Assembly: GCF_000737315.1 (NCBI RefSeq)
Contig: NZ_JMCB01000001.1
Coordinates: 124,001 to 188,000 of the forward strand
DNA length: 64,000 nucleotides
DNA from: Hyalangium minutum
GTDB lineage: Bacteria > Myxococcota > Myxococcia > Myxococcales > Myxococcaceae
Reading direction: 5' to 3'
Translations under genes and position numbers: made by a program
Part shown: piece by piece, positions 1-10,300 of the stretch
How positions within the stretch are numbered: position 1 is the first letter of the stretch
Layout of the letters: each line of letters starts with the position of its first letter
Notes under the pieces: generated by a model
Database searches by the model: none
Seen by the model: the letters and a program-made list of their open reading frames with translations, nothing else
What the model was told of the DNA's origin: nothing

Positions 1-3000
1 CTCTCCGTCGAGCCGCAGGGGGATCACGCCGCCATCTCGGTGGAGAGCCGCAAGGTGAAGGACGGCGTCGCCCTCGAGGAGCAGTGGACCGCCAACTTCA
101 CCTGTGAGCTTCACCAGGTCCCACGGGAGCCGAGGGCCCCGCTGGACATCGCTCGCCTCCGGGCCACCGCCACGCGCCGGGCGGACGCGGACGAGCTGTA
201 TGCCTTCGCCCGCTCGGTGGACATCGACCACCAGGAGTTCATGAAGGCCCTGGGCACGCTGCACTACGGCCAAGGCTGGCTGCTGGCCGAGGTGACGCTG
301 AGCGAGCTCGCGCAAGGCTACCTGGAGCACTTCCACGTCCACCCAGCCTACCTGGACTTCTCCACGCTGATGCCGTTCTGCCTCTTCGAGAAGGACGCGG
401 CGGAGCGGCAGCCCTTCATCCCCATCTTCATCGACGCGTTCCGCGCCCATGGCCCGCTGAGCCGCACCTGCGTTGCCTACGTGGAGCAGACCGGTCAGCA
501 GAGCCTCTCCGGCGACACCGTCCACAGCGACATCCGGCTGTTCAGCCCCGAGGGGGAGCTGCTCGTCCACTTCCGGAACTTCCGCGCGAAGAAGATCCGC
601 ACCCGGAACCTCATCACCCAGCACCAGGCCCCGAGCCAAGCGCCCGAGCCCGCCCGTCCAGCGCTCACGCCGGTCGCTCCGCCTGCAGCCCCGCGCCCCA
701 GCGCTTCCGCGTCCCCACTGGAGCGGGTCCAGGCAGAGCTGCGCTCGCTGGTGAGCCGCGCCCTGAAGCGTCTCCCCGAGGACGTGGACGTGAACGCGGG
801 CTTCTACGAGCAGGGGCTCGCCTCGGTGGATCTGCTGCAGATCGTCCGTGCCCTGGAGGCCCGGCTTGGGCGCGAGCTGTATCCCACGCTCCTCTTCGAG
901 TACACCACCGTCTCGGCCCTTGCGGGCTACCTCGTGGAGCAGTTCGGGGATCTGCTCGCCAGGCCCTCCGAGTCCGCTCCCGCCGAGCCCCCGCCCCCGC
1001 CCCCGCAGGCCGCCGCTGCAGCGGCTCCCGCGGCAACGTCCCCCGCCGTGGAGTCCTCGAAGCCGGCGCCGCGCGCGCCCGCCGCGCGAGAGGAGGCGGA
1101 TGAGGATGAGATCGCCATCGTGGGCGTCGCGGGACGCTACCCGCAGGCACGCGACCTGGACGAGTTCTGGGCCAACCTGAAGGCAGGCCGGGACTGCATC
1201 ACCGAGATCCCCCGCTCCCGGTGGGAGGTGGAGCGCTACTTCGATTCCGAGCGTGGCAAGCCGGGCCGCACCTACAGCCGGTGGGGTGGCTTCATCGACG
1301 GCGTGGACGAGTTCGATCCGCTCTTCTTCAACATCTCGCCGCGCGAGGCCGAGATGATGGATCCCCAGGAGCGCGTCTTCCTGGAGACAGCCTGGGCCGC
1401 GCTGGAAGATGCGGGCTACACGCGCGAGCGGCTGGGCACGGGCAAGGGCAATGACATCGGCGTCTTCGCCGGGGTGATGTGGAGCGACTACCAGCTCTTC
1501 GGCCTGGAGGAGATCCTCAAGGGCAACCCGGTGGTCGCCGGCTCGTGGTTCTCCTCGGTGGCCAACCGGATCTCCTATTTCCTGAACCTGCAGGGCCCGA
1601 GCGTCCCAGTGGACACGGCATGCTCCTCGTCGCTCTACGCCATCCACCTGGCGTGCGAGAGCATCAAGCGCGGCGAGTGCAGCGCGGCGCTCGTGGGTGG
1701 CGTCAACGCCTCCCTGCACTTCTCGAAGTACCTCAAGCTGAGCGAGCTGCAGATGCTGTCGACGGACGGGCGCTGCCGGACGTTCGGCAAGGGTGGCAAT
1801 GGCTACGTCCCCGGCGAGGGGGTGGGTGCCGTGCTCCTCAAGCCGCTGAAGCGAGCGATCGCCGACAGAGACACCATCCACGCCGTCATCAAGTCCACGG
1901 CGGTCAACCACGGAGGCCGCACCAGTGGCTTCTCCGTGCCAAGCCCGGACGCACAGGCGCGGCTCATCCGGGATGCGCTGGAGAAGGCCCGCATCCCCGC
2001 CTCCACGGTGAGCTACATCGAAGCACATGGCACGGGCACCTCGCTGGGTGACCCCATCGAGATCGCGGGCCTGACGAGCGCCTTCCGCGGCGACAGCACG
2101 GAGAAGGGCTTCTGCGCGGTGGGCTCGGTGAAGTCCAACATCGGCCACCTGGAGGCCGCGGCGGGCATCGCTGGGCTGACCAAAGTGCTGCTGTGCATGA
2201 GGCACCGCACGCTGGTGCCCTCCCTGCACTCGCGGGAGCTCAACCCCAGCATCCCCTTCGCGGACACTCCCTTCTACGTGCCGCAGGAAGCACGTGCGTG
2301 GGAGAAGCGCACGGGTCATCCCCGCCGCGCGGGCATCAGCTCCTTCGGCGCGGGCGGCTCCAATGCCCACATCCTCTTGGAGGAGTATGAGGATCCACGG
2401 GTGGGACGCGAGGCCGCCTCGGCGCTCCCGCAGCTGGTGGTGCTGTCCGCACGCACCCCAGAGCGCCTCCAGGAGTCCGCGCGGAAGCTGCGCGACTTCC
2501 TAGAAGCCCATGGGGAGGCACGGCTGGAGGACCTCGCGTACACCCTGCAGGTGGGCCGCGAGACGATGGAGGCGCGGCTCGCCGTGGTGGCGCAGGACAA
2601 GGCGGAGCTGCGCAAGGCGCTGGAAGGCTACCTCGACGGCACCCCGGAGGGAGCGCGACGGGTCCTCAGCGGCCAGGTGAAGCGGGGCGCCAGCGGCGCC
2701 GGAAGCGAGAGCGAGGATCACGCCTACCACCAGTCGCTGTGGCAGGGCGGAAAGCTGGCCCGGCTCGCAGCCCTGTGGACGGAGGGCACGGAGATCACCT
2801 GGTCCCGGCTGGAGCACTCCCCCACGCTGAGGCGCATTCCGCTGCCCACGTACCCCTTCGCCCGCCGGCGCTGCTGGATCCCTCAGGTGGCCTCGTCGCG
2901 GGGAGCAGGTGCCTCGGCGGCCCCGGTGCTGCACCCGCTGATCGACGCCAACACCTCCACGTTGAAGGGTCCGCGCTTCCTCAAGCGGCTCACGGCCACC

Positions 3001-6000
3001 GAGTTCTATGTGGCCGATCACATCGTCCGTGAGCAGCGGCTGCTGCCGGGCGTGGTGTCGCTGGAGATGGCCCGGGCCGCGGGTGCGCTGGCTTCCGAGA
3101 CCGGGATCTCCCACCTGCGGAATGTCCTCTGGGCCAGCCCGCTCGTCGTGGACTCGCCGCGGGACGTGACCGTCCGGCTCAGCGCTGGCGGCGCCCATGT
3201 CGAGTTCGAGGTGGTGACGGGCTCGGGCGAGGAGGCCACCGTGCACGCGCTCGGCAAGCTCTATTCCTCTTCCGGGGAGGCACAGCAGCCCCCAGCTCCC
3301 GTCTCGATCGATGAGATCCAGCGGCGCTGCGCCCAGGTGCTCTCCGACGAGGCTGTCTACTCCGGGTTCGTGGCGCGGGGCTTCCGGTACGGCCCGGGCC
3401 TGCGAGCCATTCACGAGCTGCGCACTGGGCCGGGTGAGGCCCTCGCCGAGCTGCGCCTGCCCGAGCATCTCCAGGCAGAGGCCAGCGCCTATGTCCTGCA
3501 CCCCGCCCTCCTCGACGGTGCGCTCCAGGCGGTCTCCGGCCTGACGCCCCCCGCCTCGGGCGGCGAGGGCGAGCTGCTGCCTTTCTCCGTGGGAGAGCTG
3601 CGGCTCCACAGCCCCATCCCCTCGCGCTGCTTCGTCCACGTCACCGTGGGAGAGCCCAAGGAGAGCACCGGCACGCCTACCCGCTTCCACCTGCGCCTGC
3701 TCGATGAGGCCGGCCGAACGCTCGTCAGCCTGCGGGACTTCACGCTGCGAAGGGTGGCGCGAGAGGAGCTCCCGGTACAGCGCCCCGTGGAGAATCCTGA
3801 GGGGCTGCTGATCTACGAGCCCCACTGGGAAGAGACCCCCGTGCCTGCTCCGTACATCCCCTCGGGCGGAGACGCCCAGCGCCCCTTCCTCGTCTTCGAG
3901 CGGGAGGAGGCGCACTCGCAAGGGCTCCGGCGCCAGCTGCGCGAGCGCTCCGGTGAGGCGCCCATCATCCGGGTGCAGCCCGGCGAGGGCTTCCGCTGCC
4001 TCTCTCCGGAGCACTATCAGATCACTCCGGCTCGCGAGGAGGACTACCGCCAGCTGTGGGAGGCGCTCCGCGAGCGGGGACTCCAGCCCGCGGCCCTCTT
4101 CCACCTCTGGAACCACGAGGCGCGCCCACTCGCCTTCGACACGGCCTCGAGTGCCGAGACCGTGTCCACCGAGCTCCAGGAGCAGCTGCGCCTGGGGCTC
4201 CAATCGCTCTTCCTGCTTGCACGGACCCTGCCTGGGCTCCGGCTGCGGGAGCGGCTGCCCGTCATCTACGCCTTCCAGGGCGAGGGCGAGCAGCCGCAGC
4301 ACTCGGCCGTCGCGGGCTTCGCGCGAAGCGTGGCGCTGGAGAACCCCAAGCTGCGGGTGCGGGTGGTACGGTTCGCCCCGCGCCAGGCTGAGGTCCCCGC
4401 AGACTGGGATGCGCTCCTGCGCGAGCTGCAGCCGCCCGAGCAGACGGAGGTCCGTATCGGCTCCGCCGGCCGGCAGGTGCGGCGCTTCGCTCCCGTGGCG
4501 CCCCCTGCCTCTGGCACGAGCGCCCGGCCGGGGCTGCTCCGTCCACGCGGGGTGTATCTGCTCACGGGGGGCGCAGGCGGACTGGGGCTCGTCTTCGCCC
4601 GGTACCTGGCTCGCGAGGCCCAGGCCCGTGTGGCCCTACTGGGCCGCTCTCCGCTGGATGCGGCCCGGAGGGCTTCGCTCTCCGAGCTGGAGGCGATGGG
4701 TGCCGAGGTGCTGTACCTGAGCGCCGACGTGGCCGATCCCGCGGCGCTGCAGACAGCCGTCACCCGCGTGCGGGAGCGGTTCGGCGCGCTCCACGGCATC
4801 ATCCACGCCGCCGGCGTCATCGAGGACGCCATGGCCGTCAACAAGCCCTTGAATTCCTTCCAGCGGGTGCTCACCCCGAAGATCCAGGGGACGCTGAACC
4901 TCGACGCCGCCACCCGGGAAGTGCCGCTCGACTTCCTGGTGCTGTTCTCCTCCGCCTCCGCTGTCTTCGGCAGCATGGGGCAGACGGACTACGCCGCGGG
5001 CAACCAGTTCATGGACGCGTTCGCAACCCTGCGCGAGGAGCTGCGCGAGCGCGGCCTGCGGAGCGGACGCACGCTCTCGCTCAACTGGCCGCTGTGGCGC
5101 GAGGGCGGCATGCGCATCCAGCCCGAGGTGGAGGAGATGATCCTCCGCAACACGGGACTGAAGGTGTTGGAGACCGGGCGAGGCCTTACCGCCTTCTCGC
5201 TGGCCCAGGCGCTCCCCGGCTCCCAGCTCATGCTGCTGGAGGGCGATCCCGCCGTCATCCACAAGCGCATCGAGCTGGCCACCCAGCCCGTCGTCCGGCC
5301 CCAGCGCTCCGCCCCGCCGCCCCCCGCCGCGCCGGAGCCCGCCGTGGCCGAGCGCGCCGTGGCCCCTCCGACCCTCGAAACGCTCCAGTCCCACCTCGAG
5401 CAGGATCTGAGCGAAACCTGCTCGGCGTTGCTCAAGGTCTCCACGAGCGAGCTCGACGCCGAGGCGGACTTCAGCGACTACGGCGTGGACTCGTTGATGA
5501 TCATGCGGATCCTCGATCACCTCGAGGAGCGCTACACCGTGAGCCTCGATCCGAGTGCCCTCACAGAGCACCCCTCCATTCGCTCCCTGGCGAAGCACCT
5601 CGTGGCTGAGCACCGCGGCCACGTGGAGGCGAGGCTCGCCACGCCTGCCCAGGCTCCAGAGCCTGTCCAGCCCCTCGCCGCCCCCGCCTCGCCGCCTCCT
5701 CCGCCGCCGGCCAGCCCCTCCCTCCTTGGGAGAGAGACGCCCTCCCATACGCCCACCGCCTCGGTCCCAGCGCAGGAGGTCCGTGCGGCCGCACCCACGC
5801 TCCTGCGTCCCAGTGACCCGCCCCGGCGCGTCGCCGTCATCGGCGTGGCCTGCCGGTTCCCGGGCTCCCACGGCCCCGAGTCCTTCTGGGCCAACCTCGC
5901 GGCGGGCCGGGATCTGGTGACGACCGTGCCCACGGAGCGTTGGGACGCCGAGCGGTACTATGACCCGCGCAAGGCGGTGCCCAACAAGAGCTACTCGAAG

Positions 6001-7308
6001 TGGGGAGCCTTCGCGGAAGAGGTGGACTTGTTCGACGCGGCCTTCTTCGGCATCGCCGAGGAGGATGCGGACTGGATGGATCCCCAGCAGCGCATCGCGC
6101 TGGAGACGGCGCAGGAGCTGCTGGACGGGGCGGGTTACCCGCGGAAGGAGCTCGCGCACAGCCGGACCGGCGTCTTCCTGGGCGCCACCGCCAACGACTA
6201 CGTGCGCAGCGGCTTCCGAGGCCACGGGCGCTCCACGCCGCACCTGCTGCTGAACACGCTCCAGAACATGGTGGCGGCGCGCATCTCCCACTTCTGGGAC
6301 TTGAAGGGCCCGTCGCTCGTCGTCGACACGGCCTGCTCCTCCTCGCTGCTCGCCATCCATCACGCCTGCCGCGGCATCCTGTCAGGCGAGATCGACATGG
6401 CCATCGCGGGCGGGATGTACCTGCTGCTGGATCCTTTCCTCCACGTCAGCTTCAGCCAGGCGCAGCTGCTCTCGGAGGACGGGCGCACCCGCATCTTCGA
6501 CCGCAAGGCCAGCGGCTTCACGCCGGGCGAGGGCGTGGGCATGGTGCTGCTCAAGGAGTACGGGCAGGCCGTGCGCGACGGGGACCGCATCCTGGCCACC
6601 GTGCTTGGCTCGGCGGTCAACAACGATGGGCGCACCCTGGGGCTGACCATGCCCAGCAAGGAGGCCCAGGTGGAGGTCATCGGCGAAGCCCTCCGCCTCT
6701 CTGGAGTCTCCGCGCGGGACATCGGCTACCTGGAGACCCATGGCTCGGGGAATGCCTTCGGAGATCCGCTGGAGATCCACGCGGCCAGCGAGGTCTTCCG
6801 CCGGGAGAGCTCGCGCAAGCAGTACTGCGGGGTGGGCTCGGTGAAGTCCAACATCGGCGCGCTGCTCCAGGCCGGGGCGGTGGCGAGCTTCATCAAGGTG
6901 GTGCTGGCGCTCCAGCACCAGGAGCTCCCCGCCACCGTGCACTGCGAGGAGCCGCATCCGCGGTTCCACTTCCCGGAGACGCCCTTCTTCCCTGTCACCC
7001 AGCTGCAGCCCTGGGAGCCCCTGGGTGGGACCCGCTACGCGGCCGTCTCCTCCTTTGGATTGGGGGGCACCAACTGCCACCTCGTGCTGGGCCAGGGTGA
7101 CGCGCTGCACCCCGGCTACCGGCCCACACGCCAGCCGCTGGCGCCCACGCGCTTCCAGCGCAAGCGGCACTGGATGCCCTGGACCGAGGCCCAGGAGCCG
7201 AGGAACACGCAGCCCCCCTCGCTGGAGCAGCTCCTCGATGCGCTCGACCAGGGCGCCATCGCCGTGGAGCAGGCAGTGAACGTCATCACCGGCGGCGCCA
7301 GGCCCTAG
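1..7308 (+). CDS. trans-AT type I PKS, 5'-truncated by window edge; domains [DH C-half]-ACP-KS-DH-KR-ACP-KS0-docking helix
   Basis: Frame +1 is open from base 1, so the track start at 40 is internal. DH remnant HPAYLD; ACP GLAS (~814-825); KS DTACSSS/EAHGTGT/KSNIGHLE; DH HPLID..DHIV..LLPG and HPALLD; KR TGGAGGLG..IEDA..YAAGN; ACP GVDS; second KS DTACSSS/HGSGN/KSNIGALL (second His absent). No AT domain (no GHSxG motif). Confidence 0.95.
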   Translation, partial: LSVEPQGDHAAISVESRKVKDGVALEEQWTANFTCELHQVPREPRAPLDIARLRATATRRADADELYAFARSVDIDHQEFMKALGTLHYGQGWLLAEVTLSELAQGYLEHFHVHPAYLDFSTLMPFCLFEKDAAERQPFIPIFIDAFRAHGPLSRTCVAYVEQTGQQSLSGDTVHSDIRLFSPEGELLVHFRNFRAKKIRTRNLITQHQAPSQAPEPARPALTPVAPPAAPRPSASASPLERVQAELRSLVSRALKRLPEDVDVNAGFYEQGLASVDLLQIVRALEARLGRELYPTLLFEYTTVSALAGYLVEQFGDLLARPSESAPAEPPPPPPQAAAAAAPAATSPAVESSKPAPRAPAAREEADEDEIAIVGVAGRYPQARDLDEFWANLKAGRDCITEIPRSRWEVERYFDSERGKPGRTYSRWGGFIDGVDEFDPLFFNISPREAEMMDPQERVFLETAWAALEDAGYTRERLGTGKGNDIGVFAGVMWSDYQLFGLEEILKGNPVVAGSWFSSVANRISYFLNLQGPSVPVDTACSSSLYAIHLACESIKRGECSAALVGGVNASLHFSKYLKLSELQMLSTDGRCRTFGKGGNGYVPGEGVGAVLLKPLKRAIADRDTIHAVIKSTAVNHGGRTSGFSVPSPDAQARLIRDALEKARIPASTVSYIEAHGTGTSLGDPIEIAGLTSAFRGDSTEKGFCAVGSVKSNIGHLEAAAGIAGLTKVLLCMRHRTLVPSLHSRELNPSIPFADTPFYVPQEARAWEKRTGHPRRAGISSFGAGGSNAHILLEEYEDPRVGREAASALPQLVVLSARTPERLQESARKLRDFLEAHGEARLEDLAYTLQVGRETMEARLAVVAQDKAELRKALEGYLDGTPEGARRVLSGQVKRGASGAGSESEDHAYHQSLWQGGKLARLAALWTEGTEITWSRLEHSPTLRRIPLPTYPFARRRCWIPQVASSRGAGASAAPVLHPLIDANTSTLKGPRFLKRLTATEFYVADHIVREQRLLPGVVSLEMARAAGALASETGISHLRNVLWASPLVVDSPRDVTVRLSAGGAHVEFEVVTGSGEEATVHALGKLYSSSGEAQQPPAPVSIDEIQRRCAQVLSDEAVYSGFVARGFRYGPGLRAIHELRTGPGEALAELRLPEHLQAEASAYVLHPALLDGALQAVSGLTPPASGGEGELLPFSVGELRLHSPIPSRCFVHVTVGEPKESTGTPTRFHLRLLDEAGRTLVSLRDFTLRRVAREELPVQRPVENPEGLLIYEPHWEETPVPAPYIPSGGDAQRPFLVFEREEAHSQGLRRQLRERSGEAPIIRVQPGEGFRCLSPEHYQITPAREEDYRQLWEALRERGLQPAALFHLWNHEARPLAFDTASSAETVSTELQEQLRLGLQSLFLLARTLPGLRLRERLPVIYAFQGEGEQPQHSAVAGFARSVALENPKLRVRVVRFAPRQAEVPADWDALLRELQPPEQTEVRIGSAGRQVRRFAPVAPPASGTSARPGLLRPRGVYLLTGGAGGLGLVFARYLAREAQARVALLGRSPLDAARRASLSELEAMGAEVLYLSADVADPAALQTAVTRVRERFGALHGIIHAAGVIEDAMAVNKPLNSFQRVLTPKIQGTLNLDAATREVPLDFLVLFSSASAVFGSMGQTDYAAGNQFMDAFATLREELRERGLRSGRTLSLNWPLWREGGMRIQPEVEEMILRNTGLKVLETGRGLTAFSLAQALPGSQLMLLEGDPAVIHKRIELATQPVVRPQRSAPPPPAAPEPAVAERAVAPPTLETLQSHLEQDLSETCSALLKVSTSELDAEADFSDYGVDSLMIMRILDHLEERYTVSLDPSALTEHPSIRSLAKHLVAEHRGHVEARLATPAQAPEPVQPLAAPASPPPPPPASPSLLGRETPSHTPTASVPAQEVRAAAPTLLRPSDPPRRVAVIGVACRFPGSHGPESFWANLAAGRDLVTTVPTERWDAERYYDPRKAVPNKSYSKWGAFAEEVDLFDAAFFGIAEEDADWMDPQQRIALETAQELLDGAGYPRKELAHSRTGVFLGATANDYVRSGFRGHGRSTPHLLLNTLQNMVAARISHFWDLKGPSLVVDTACSSSLLAIHHACRGILSGEIDMAIAGGMYLLLDPFLHVSFSQAQLLSEDGRTRIFDRKASGFTPGEGVGMVLLKEYGQAVRDGDRILATVLGSAVNNDGRTLGLTMPSKEAQVEVIGEALRLSGVSARDIGYLETHGSGNAFGDPLEIHAASEVFRRESSRKQYCGVGSVKSNIGALLQAGAVASFIKVVLALQHQELPATVHCEEPHPRFHFPETPFFPVTQLQPWEPLGGTRYAAVSSFGLGGTNCHLVLGQGDALHPGYRPTRQPLAPTRFQRKRHWMPWTEAQEPRNTQPPSLEQLLDALDQGAIAVEQAVNVITGGARP

Positions 7309-7328
7309 AAACGATTTCGAGCCAGCAC

Positions 7329-10300
7329 ATGACCGAGCGGATTGTGAGCACGAACAGCACCCTCCAGGCATACACCCGGGAGATTCTGGAGAAGTTCGTC
7401 CGGAAGGAGCTCTCACGCGAAGAGGCCCTGGTCCTGCTGCGGAGCCCTGCGCGGCCCGCAGCGGAGCCGGCCGCGCCCGCGGTCCCTGAAGAGCCCTCGC
7501 TCGCGGAGGCGACCACGCGCTACCTGGCACGGCAGCTGGAGGAGCTCGGGAAAGCAGCAGCCCCCGAGCGGAACTTCATGGAGCTGGGGCTGGGCTCGGC
7601 GGACCTGCTGGAGCTCAACACGCGGCTTGAGCGCGATCTGCGCATCGATCTCGTGCCCACGGTCTTCTTCGATCACTCCAGCGTCGGGCGCCTGGCGGAC
7701 TACCTCGCGCGGACTTTCCCGGAGCAGCTCGCCCACGCGCTGCGAGAGTCCCCCAGCGAGGTGCCTTCCGCTCCCGCGCCCTCCCCCGCTCCCACCCCCA
7801 CTCCCACTCCCGCTCCGCTGCCCACCGCCACGCCGCTGGCCCACACTGCTCCCTCCAAGCAGCCGAGGAACGAGCCCTCGGGCGCCCCGGGGACGCGCAC
7901 GGGGGACATCGCCATCATCGGCATGGCGGGCCTGTTCCCGCAGTCGCCCGATCTGGACACGTTCTGGAAGAACCTGGCGGCGGCGAAAGATCTCGTGGAG
8001 GAAGTCCCACGCGAGCGCTGGGACGTGGCGGCCTGGTACGACCCCACCCAGACGCAGCCCAACCGCATCTCCTGCAAGTGGGGGAGCTTCGTCCCGGACG
8101 TGGACAAGTTCGACCCGCTCTTCTTCCACATCTCTCCGCGTGAGGCGGAGGTGATGGACCCGCAGGTGCGGCTGCTGCTCCAGGTGCTCTACAGCACGGC
8201 GGAAGACGCGGGCTGCGTGAGCGCGCTGCGGGGCTCGCACACGGGAATGTTCGTGGGGGCCTGCTTCCGCGACTACGACGACGAGATGCTGCGGCGCGGG
8301 CTTCCGGTGGGGCCGCATGACGGGACGGGCAACGCCGCGACAATGCTGGCCAACCGGCCCTCCTTCTTCTTCGACCTCAAGGGGCCGAGCCTCACGGTGG
8401 ACACCGCCTGCTCCTCCTCGCTGGTGGCGCTGCACCTGGCCTGCCAGGCGCTGCGGCGCGGCGAGTGCGACATGGCCTTCGCCGCGGGCGTGAACCTCAT
8501 CCTCAGCCCGCGCCACTACTTGCACTTCTCCGCGATGAAAGCGCTGTCGCCGACGGGGCACTGCCACGCGTTCGACAGCACCGCGGATGGGTATGTGCCG
8601 GGCGAGGCCGTGGCCGCCGTCCTCCTCAAGCCGCTCGAGCAGGCCCTGCGGGATGGCGATCCCATCCACGCCGTCATCAAGGGCACCAGCGTCAACCATG
8701 GCGGCTACACCAACTCCATCACCGCGCCCAGCCCCGCGATGCAAGCCGAGCTGCTGCTGGAGGCGTGGAAGGACGCCGGCATCGATCCGGAGACGCTGAG
8801 CTACATCGAGGCGCACGGGACGGGCACCCGGCTGGGGGACCCCATCGAGGTGGAGGGGCTGAAGCTGGCCTTCGCCCGGCACACCACGAAGCAGCGCTTC
8901 TGTGCGCTGGGCTCGGCCAAGGCGCACCTGGGCCACACCGAGGCGGCGGCCGGCCTCACCGGCCTCGTCAAGGTGGTGCTCTCGATGAACCGGGGGCTCA
9001 TCCCCTCCATGCCGGGCTTCCGGGAGCTCAACCCCTTCATCAAGCTCGAAGGCAGCCCGCTCTACATCAACGAGAAGCCGAAGGCCTGGCTCACGCCCGT
9101 GGGAGCCCCACGCCGCGCTGGAGTCAGCTCGTTTGGCTTCGGCGGAGCCAACGCGCACGTGGTGCTGGAGGAGTACGTACAGCCCCGCCCAGAAGCGGCC
9201 TCGGAGACGACGGGGATGCCGCTGCTCTTTCCCTTCTCCGCACGGGATGAGGTGCGGCTGCGCGAGCTGGTGGAGCGCTTCGAGTCCTTCCTGTCACGGG
9301 ATGCAGGGCCTTCGCTCGCGGAGGTGGCGTACACCCTCCAGACGGGACGCGCCACGCTGGCCTCGCGGCTGGCCATCATCGCCAGCTCGCACGCGGATCT
9401 GCTGACGGCGCTCAAGGACTTCCAGGCGCGTCGCGAGGTGCCCCTGCCCGGGCTCGTGCGCGTGCGAGAGGACGGCTCTGTCCTGCTCCAGGCCGAGGCG
9501 GCTCCTGGCGAAGCCGGGCTTGCGGAGCTTGCCGGACGGTGGCTGCGCGGGGAGGCCGTCACCTGGCCGGCCCCAGCCTCCGAGTCTCTTCGCCGCGTCT
9601 CGCTGCCCACCTCCACCTTCGCCCGGGAGCGCTACTGGTTCGAGGCAACTCCCGGGGTCACTGGGGTGGAGCCAGCGCCCGCCCAACCCCAGCTGCCCCC
9701 GGCGGGGGCCGAGCTGACGTGGTTCAAGCCCGAGTGGTTCCCCTCCGCGCTGTCCGCGCCCAGCGAGGTCCCAGCCACAGCCGGCGCCGTGCTGGTGTTC
9801 GACCCGGACGGATCGTTCACGCAACAGGTCGAGGCCCAGGATCGCCTGCGCGGGTCCGCTCGCGCGGTGGTGCGCATCCAGCCGGGCGCGGAGTTCCGCC
9901 GTGTGGGGCCGCGGCACTATGAGCTCCAGCCAGAGCACGCGGCAGACTACGAGCGGCTCCTCGATGCGCTGGCCAACGATGGCCTCCGCCTCGCGGGGAT
10001 CCTGTTCTTCTGGGGGAAGCGCAGCCGCTTCGAGTCACCGGACGCCCTGCTAGAGGGGCTCGATGATGCGCTCGGCCAGGGGCTCTACCCGCTGGTGCGG
10101 CTCATCCAGGCCTTGCTGCCCCGGCGCAAGGACGAGCGGATCCAGTTGCTCTATGTCTACCGGTCGGGCGGAGAAGAGGTGATCGCCCACCATGAGGCGC
10201 TGTCCGGCCTTGCGCGTGCGGTGACGGCCGCCGCCCCATGGTTGAACTTCCGCCTCCTGGGGATGGATGCGTCAGGCACGACACCCGAGCTGCGGGTGGA

